From assembly GCA_036172245.1 (NCBI GenBank), contig JAYWIR010000002.1, positions 4,712,001 through 4,776,000 on the forward strand: a stretch of DNA of 64,000 nt, in the 5' to 3' direction. The notes under the pieces were generated by a model, which saw only the letters and a program-made list of their open reading frames with translations, did not search any database and was not told where the DNA came from. The position numbers and the translations under genes were made by a program. This DNA comes from Raillietiella orientalis. Taxonomy: Eukaryota. Shown piece by piece: positions 63,639 to 64,000 of the stretch (position 1 is the first letter of the stretch; each line of letters opens with the position of its first letter).

Positions 63639-64000
63639 CTGAATGGATATTGATGTAAATATGTTTCTGAATATTTCCCAAACATCCAATCAATAATTAT
63701 CGATCATAAACAAACAACTTAATCCCTAATCAAGCATTTCTCGATTCATATAGTTAACAATCTCACTTACAAAATCCACTGTGATTACCTTCATGTTATT
63801 ACAGTAAAGCTTTAAAACTCAAGTTTTAATGTCCAAGTTCACCACCCCATTCTGATAGCTGATTAGTTACCCTTTATGGTTGAATCGAATTTACATTCCT
63901 TTAGGAATTACTTTACGTTCGGAATCAGTTTGCATACCTTTAGGAATCTACATTCGATGTTTCCGCTACATTATGATCAAAACTTCTGTCTGTAGAAACT

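Noticed and set aside
63639-64000. Missing TNPO3 N-terminal exon; donor-like gtaagtgag at ~63770 (minus)
   Set aside because: The adjacent sequence does not translate to TNPO3 N-terminal residues; upstream exons most likely lie beyond the window.

Overview
Eukaryotic (invertebrate-like animal) genomic DNA. Four spliced protein-coding genes can be reconstructed exon by exon: NFXL1 (+, 32296-35040), a gamma-glutamyl transpeptidase (+, 38424-52326, with TE-filled long introns), an ANKRA2/RFXANK-family ankyrin gene (-, 56989-55972) and the 3' part of transportin-3/TNPO3 (-, 63638-60981; 5' end not found in the window). Most introns are only 36-59 nt. The three housekeeping genes are strongly CpG-depleted, while GGT and most of the TE-derived DNA are not. 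The rest of the window is largely decayed transposons (L1/Tx1-like, Gypsy, BEL/Pao, RTE, CR1/Jockey-like, mariner, possibly Harbinger and pogo). The most unusual signal is a set of about 8 mutually divergent L1/Tx1-like copies (seven in 1-23.4 kb, one in GGT intron 1). Where enough sequence survives, they run from APE-endonuclease/tether motifs almost directly into post-RT and zinc-finger sequence, with no room for a reverse transcriptase. They also carry an internal ~33-36 nt repeat array, and two copies share a 3' stem-loop. This suggests an RT-less, possibly trans-mobilised retroelement family. All TE assignments come from manual motif reading of frameshifted sequence and need HMM confirmation.
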